A stretch of DNA of 34,593 nt from positions 1-34,593 of the IMG/VR virus record IMGVR_UViG_3300030110_004897. One strand, given 5' to 3'. The translations under genes and the position numbers were made by a program. The DNA is from a virus (taxonomy: Duplodnaviria; Caudoviricetes). The notes below the pieces were generated by a model that saw nothing but the letters and a program-made list of their open reading frames with translations, searched no databases and was not told the DNA's origin. This document shows positions 34,577 to 34,593 of this stretch, piece after piece (within the stretch, counting starts at the first letter, position 1; each line of letters begins with the position of its first letter).

Positions 34577-34593
34577 ATAGTAGTAATTATGAT

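Overview
AT-rich segment of a large tailed dsDNA bacteriophage, probably a myovirus given its T4-like baseplate genes. Almost everything is on the minus strand. 1-12.8 kb is a baseplate/tail structural operon (gp7-like, gp6/J-like, gp25-like and gp5/hub-like proteins). 12.9-32.7 kb is an accessory region: tRNA-Ala, Hc1-like protein, Hsp20, glutaredoxin, a MoxR AAA+ ATPase and vWA-metallopeptidase pair, 5'-nucleotidase, DUF4385, a Mom-like DNA-modifying enzyme, an outer-membrane barrel, thermonuclease, ASCH, Nudix, a GH108 endolysin with a holin candidate, HNH, UvsE, PhoH, an MBD4-like glycosylase and a VOC protein. 32.7-34.6 kb is a dense early-promoter region with micro-ORFs, an atypical tRNA-Gly, a tRNA-like RNA and several structured non-coding segments, ending at a divergent promoter. 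Two promoter classes are visible: a repeated sigma70-type cassette (A-tract-TTGAC-N17/18-TATATT) and an ATATTTAT motif. The strongest unexplained signals are a ~400-nt ORF-free, multi-helix, apparently pseudoknotted RNA candidate at ~22610-23012, a cluster of tRNA-like and structured RNAs at 32800-33640, and a DUF4385 gene whose only plausible start is AUC. All family calls come from motif recognition by eye; no database searches were run.
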